Source: Halorutilales archaeon Cl-col2-1
GTDB lineage: Archaea; Halobacteriota; Halobacteria; Halobacteriales; Afararchaeaceae
Direction: 5' to 3'
NCBI GenBank assembly: GCA_041891055.1
Contig: CP169074.1
Coordinates: 1,792,001-1,856,000, forward strand
DNA length: 64,000 nt
The notes under the pieces were generated by a model. It saw only the letters and a program-made list of their open reading frames with translations. It made no database searches and had not been told where the DNA came from. Shown here piece by piece: positions 60,072 through 64,000 of this stretch; positions within the stretch are counted from its first letter, which is position 1; each line of letters opens with the position of its first letter. The translations under genes were made by a program, and so were the position numbers.

Positions 60072-60734
60072 TCACCGCCCCTCGTAGAGGCGGTTCCCTA
60101 GCTCCGGCGGCAGACCCACGTCTTCTATCCTCTCGTCGACTTCTTCTATCGGATACTCGACACGTCTCAGATCGACCTCGACCTCCTCGGTGTCGAGTAT
60201 GGCATATGCCGCCCGCGGATCTCCGTCACGCGGCTGTCCCACGCTCCCCGGGTTGACTATGGTACCTTCGTCGAAGGTCTCTGAGTGCTGTACGTGTGTG
60301 TGTCCGAGTACGAGAACGTCCTCGTCCCCTATCAGATTGGGCGAGAACTCGTGGGGTCTCGTGTACCTGTCGGGAGCGTCGGGGGCACCGTGTGCGATAT
60401 GTATATTAACACCGTCGTTCTCGATGTCTTTCTCGACGGGGAGTGACTCGATGTACTCGAGGTCGTCGTCGGAGAGTCTGTCGCGTGTCCAGTCGACTGC
60501 ACGTCCCGCTACTGAGTGAAATCCGAAAGACGACCCACCGGCTACGGCGCGGTCGTGGTTGCCCTTTATCGACTTCACCCCTCTCTCCCTGAAGACGTCG
60601 ATCACCTCAGTCGGGTAGGGGTTGTATCCGACTACGTCTCCTGCGTGTATCACACGGTCGACTTCCATGTCTCGGAGTACCGATTCGAGTGCGGGAGCGT
60701 TACCGTGGACGTCGCTTATGATGCCTACTCTCAT
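60072..60734 (-). CDS. Metallophosphoesterase
   Basis: SDVHGN, GDVVGY, GNHD, GHTH, NPGSVGQPRD. Confidence 0.9.
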   Translation of the reverse strand: MRVGIISDVHGNAPALESVLRDMEVDRVIHAGDVVGYNPYPTEVIDVFRERGVKSIKGNHDRAVAGGSSFGFHSVAGRAVDWTRDRLSDDDLEYIESLPVEKDIENDGVNIHIAHGAPDAPDRYTRPHEFSPNLIGDEDVLVLGHTHVQHSETFDEGTIVNPGSVGQPRDGDPRAAYAILDTEEVEVDLRRVEYPIEEVDERIEDVGLPPELGNRLYEGR

Positions 60735-60812
60735 GTCTTCAAATACGTTCCCGATCCCCAAGTCTCTGTTCAATAGCCGTCTTCAAATACTGCGGGTTCC
60801 TGAATCTATATT

Positions 60813-61412
60813 ATGTTCACGGGAATAATAGAGGAGACGGGCGAGATAGACTCGGTCGACGAGACCGACGACGGCGTACGTATCAGAATACGTGGCGACG
60901 AGGTTCTCGGAGACGTCGAGGAAGGCGCGAGCATAAGCGTGAGCGGCGTCTGTCTCACGGTCGAGGAGTACGCAGACTCGTGGTTCGAGGTCTTCCTCGC
61001 TCAGGAGACAGTCGAGAAGACCTACCTCGGAGACCTCTCCGAGGGCGACGTCGTCAACCTAGAACGTGCACTCCGCGCCGACGACAGACTTGATGGACAT
61101 TTCGTACAGGGACACGTCGACACGACGACCCAGCTAACCGATGTGAGACGCGTAGGTGACGACTGGGAGTACGACTTCGCTCTTCCCGACGACTACTCGG
61201 ATTACATAGTCTCGAAGGGATCGGTCTCATTGGACGGAATAAGCCTCACAGTCGCCGAAGTCGAAGAGGAGACCTTCACCGTCGCTGTGATACCCACGAC
61301 ACACGACCTCACAAATCTCTCGGAGAAAGAAGTCGGGGACAGCGTCAACATCGAGGTCGACGTCATAGCCAAGTACGTCGAGAGTCTCGTATCAGACTTC
61401 GGACAGACGTAG
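60813..61412 (+). CDS. ribE: Riboflavin synthase
   Basis: MFTGII, GVCLTV, GHFVQGHVD. Confidence 0.95.
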   Translation: MFTGIIEETGEIDSVDETDDGVRIRIRGDEVLGDVEEGASISVSGVCLTVEEYADSWFEVFLAQETVEKTYLGDLSEGDVVNLERALRADDRLDGHFVQGHVDTTTQLTDVRRVGDDWEYDFALPDDYSDYIVSKGSVSLDGISLTVAEVEEETFTVAVIPTTHDLTNLSEKEVGDSVNIEVDVIAKYVESLVSDFGQT

Positions 61413-62069
61413 GTAATGTCCGTCGGGGTCACCGAGTACGGTGGAGTCGGATTCCTCGGAGACCCAACAAGCCTTTTCTTCTGTCTCTTCGAGCCCGTCG
61501 AGGCTCTCGACCTCTATACCCATCTCGACGTGTATACCGCCTCTCGCGTCGGCGATTCCGAGATGGGGCTCCCAGAGTTCGAGGTCGAATCCCCCCGCGT
61601 CGAGACGAACCCTCCGTCGCGCGTCACCTCTGTCGTAGACCTCCATGCCGAGCGACTCGTAGAACTCCTCCGACCTTTCGAGGTCTTCGACTTCGAGGAC
61701 GACCTCGAAGATACCGGTTATTCCCTCTCCCTCGCTGTCTTTCGCTCCTATCTCGACACAGTGCCCGTCGGGGTCGTAGAAGTAGGCTGACTTCGCCTCG
61801 CCGAAGGAGTACTCCGAGACCGAGAGTCCGAGGTCTAAGAGACGTGACAGCCACGATCCGTACTCCTCTGTCGGAGTCGAGAGTGCGAAATGCGTGTGTA
61901 CTCCTCCTCTCGGAAGACCCGACGGTCTCCTCAGTACGACTTCGGTACCCCCCGCGTTGAGACTCACGGCTCGGTCGGTCTCGGCGTCGACTTCGAGACC
62001 CAGGTTCGTGTAGAACTCCCTCGCCCTCCTCAGATACTTGACTTCGAGACCCAGCCGACTTAGCTCCAT
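61392..62069 (-). CDS. VOC/glyoxalase-family protein
   Basis: Duplicated VOC motifs, YFYDPDGHCVE. Confidence 0.85.
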   Translation of the reverse strand: MELSRLGLEVKYLRRAREFYTNLGLEVDAETDRAVSLNAGGTEVVLRRPSGLPRGGVHTHFALSTPTEEYGSWLSRLLDLGLSVSEYSFGEAKSAYFYDPDGHCVEIGAKDSEGEGITGIFEVVLEVEDLERSEEFYESLGMEVYDRGDARRRVRLDAGGFDLELWEPHLGIADARGGIHVEMGIEVESLDGLEETEEKACWVSEESDSTVLGDPDGHYLRLSEV

Positions 62070-62131
62070 ACCTGCGTTATGCAGCACTAACACTAAAACT
62101 AAAGGTAACGCGGCTCGTCTGAGAAAGTAGA

Positions 62132-63382
62132 TTGCGACTCGACGACTACATAGAGATAGAGATCGACTCCGACGAGTCCTACGAGAGACGGAGACTCGCG
62201 AAAGAGAAGTCGTACGAGATCCTCGACTACCTCACCGAGTCGAAGAACCGTTTCGAGGAGGTAGAACAGAGCGGCTCGCTCTTCGGAAGTACGTCTCCTT
62301 CGGTCTTCGTCGGCAGGTCGAACTACCCGCGTGTCTCGGCGGGTCTCCTCTCTCCGGTCGCCGAGGAAGAAGACGCCTCGGAGTTCTCCGAGAGCCAGGA
62401 CTGGTACGAACGCGGTCTGGGTATCGATAACGTCCTACAGTACCGCACCGGACTCCTCAACTCCGATACCAGACTCGACGTAGAGGCGAGAGGAGGATTC
62501 GTCGACGTACAGCAGGAGGTCGCACTCGCCGACCGTCCCGTCGATGTCGAGATACAGCTCGACGACACCCCTGACTTCGACGTCTCACTCGACCAGATTG
62601 CGACTCCCACGGGACCCAGAGCGACAGCCGACGAGGCGGAGCTTACCGAGAACCCTCACGTGCCCCGGAGCGTCGAGAAGGTATTCGGAGACGACGACTG
62701 GAAGGCGGAGGACGCGATGACGTATCTCTACGACAAGGGCTTCGACGTCTACGAGATAGACGACATACTCTCGGCGGGTGCTCTCGGACAGTCTGACGAG
62801 AGGAAACTCGTCCCTACGAGATGGTCGATAACCGCGGTCGACGACGCCGTCGGCAGCCACATACGACACGAGATCAAGACCAACCCGTCGGTCGACTCCA
62901 CGTATGTCTGGGAGAACACTTACATGGGAAACCGTTACTGGGTGATACTCTCGCCGGGGCAGTGGGAGTTCGAGCTAGTCGAGATAAAGAGTCCCGGGAG
63001 CATCTGGAACCCGTCCCCCGACGGCGACGTCTATATGGCGAGCGCACACGAGGGATACGACGGAAGGACGACCTACGTCGCCGAGACCGCGGGGGCGTAC
63101 TACGCCTCACGCATCGGGGCTCTCGACTATCTCCGGTCGGTCGGACGACAGGCGAAATGTCTCGTGATACGTGAGGTCACCGACGAATACTGGGCTCCCG
63201 TCGGAGTCTGGCAGATACGAGAAAGCGTCCGGAATGCTTTCGAGGGCGAGAGTGGAGTCGCTGAGACCTTCCCCGAAGCAATAGATAAGGTCGTCTCGCG
63301 TCTCCCCGTCTCGACCGACCGTCTCAGACGTAAGTCGACTATGGTCTCGGGGCTCCAGACGAGCCTGGACGACTTCTTCTAG
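62132..63382 (+). CDS. nreA: DNA repair protein NreA
   Basis: PSVFVGR.NYP, LVPTRWSITAVD, C-terminal PIP box QTSLDDFF. Confidence 0.9.
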   Translation: MRLDDYIEIEIDSDESYERRRLAKEKSYEILDYLTESKNRFEEVEQSGSLFGSTSPSVFVGRSNYPRVSAGLLSPVAEEEDASEFSESQDWYERGLGIDNVLQYRTGLLNSDTRLDVEARGGFVDVQQEVALADRPVDVEIQLDDTPDFDVSLDQIATPTGPRATADEAELTENPHVPRSVEKVFGDDDWKAEDAMTYLYDKGFDVYEIDDILSAGALGQSDERKLVPTRWSITAVDDAVGSHIRHEIKTNPSVDSTYVWENTYMGNRYWVILSPGQWEFELVEIKSPGSIWNPSPDGDVYMASAHEGYDGRTTYVAETAGAYYASRIGALDYLRSVGRQAKCLVIREVTDEYWAPVGVWQIRESVRNAFEGESGVAETFPEAIDKVVSRLPVSTDRLRRKSTMVSGLQTSLDDFF

Positions 63383-63384
63383 TT

Positions 63385-64000
63385 TTAGATGATCGCGTCT
63401 ACTGCGTCGCTCAGGGAGTCGAGCCCTCTCTTGAAGTCCCACTCCCCTTCGTCGCCCGTGTAGTTCGAGACCGCGATCACCGCCGAGACTTCGACGTCTC
63501 TGAGGTAACAGACCTGTGCGACACCGGCGGTCTCCATGTCCTCGACGACAGCGCCCGTCCTCTCACGTATCTCGCGCGCAGTCCCGTCGTTCGCCGAGAC
63601 TGACGAGACGGTGGCTACGCCTCCCGATGCGTCTGTCTCGACGTTGACGGGCGAGAGGTCGTACTCGTTGTATCTCCCCGGTGCTGTCTCGAAACCGAGG
63701 TCTTCCATGCCGTGGAACTCGTCGCTTGTGAGACCCAGGTCGGCGTGTACTGCACGCGTTCCCATAACTACGTCGCCGACCTCGACAGCCGTGTCTCGGA
63801 AGGCACCACCTATACCTGCGTCTACGACCTTCTCGATGTCGTACCTTTCGAGAGCCAACGATACCGACGCCGCGGCGTTACTCCTCCCTATTCCCGTTAC
63901 GACGACCAGGCTGTCGCCACACGAGTAGACCGGACGTCCGAGCACCTCGCCGACGGCTTCGGCTTCGGCTTCTCTTTCTCCTAAGACCGCCTCGGCTTCC
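63385..64000 (-). CDS. Futalosine hydrolase-like nucleosidase (PNP/UDP family), 5'-partial
   Basis: TGIG..NAA, GIGGAF, HADLG, EDME.AG, SNYTG...WD. Confidence 0.7.
   Translation of the reverse strand, partial: EAEAVLGEREAEAEAVGEVLGRPVYSCGDSLVVVTGIGRSNAAASVSLALERYDIEKVVDAGIGGAFRDTAVEVGDVVMGTRAVHADLGLTSDEFHGMEDLGFETAPGRYNEYDLSPVNVETDASGGVATVSSVSANDGTAREIRERTGAVVEDMETAGVAQVCYLRDVEVSAVIAVSNYTGDEGEWDFKRGLDSLSDAVDAII

Larger units (their letters stand above)
59244..60094. mobile_element. TA cassette flanked by a 23-bp direct repeat
   Basis: 59244-59266 versus 60072-60094, 22 of 23 bases identical. Confidence 0.7.

Overview
Window from a halophilic archaeon (class Halobacteria, inferred from the acidic proteome, archaeosortase, GatD, ArgW-type arginine pathway and archaeal pilins). 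Core genes include lysA, gatD, argH, grpE-dnaK-dnaJ, DGGGP synthase, ilvE, dhs, lrp-argW-argX-argC-argB-argD-argE, carbamate kinase, rio2, a XerA-like recombinase, acetate-CoA ligase, psd, argG, riboflavin synthase, nreA and an mqnB-like gene. Accessory DNA includes a 4.9-kb islet bounded by a 44-bp repeat of the tRNA-Gln 3' half, two tnpB-only IS200/IS605 elements, several toxin-antitoxin modules and a TsdA-like diheme cytochrome c. The main discovery is a family of 21 clear (plus about 3 degenerate) 44-102 bp micro-insertions with the layout (Y)G|TC-hairpin-linker-hairpin[-hairpin-hairpin]-AACG. Their structure is conserved while their stem sequences vary with compensatory changes. They pile up in IS605 ends, stack in tandem, sit in frame inside argG, xerA, acetate-CoA ligase and tnpB, and put a stop codon into a PIN toxin. 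All coordinates were read by hand and all family assignments come from motif recognition, not database searches.
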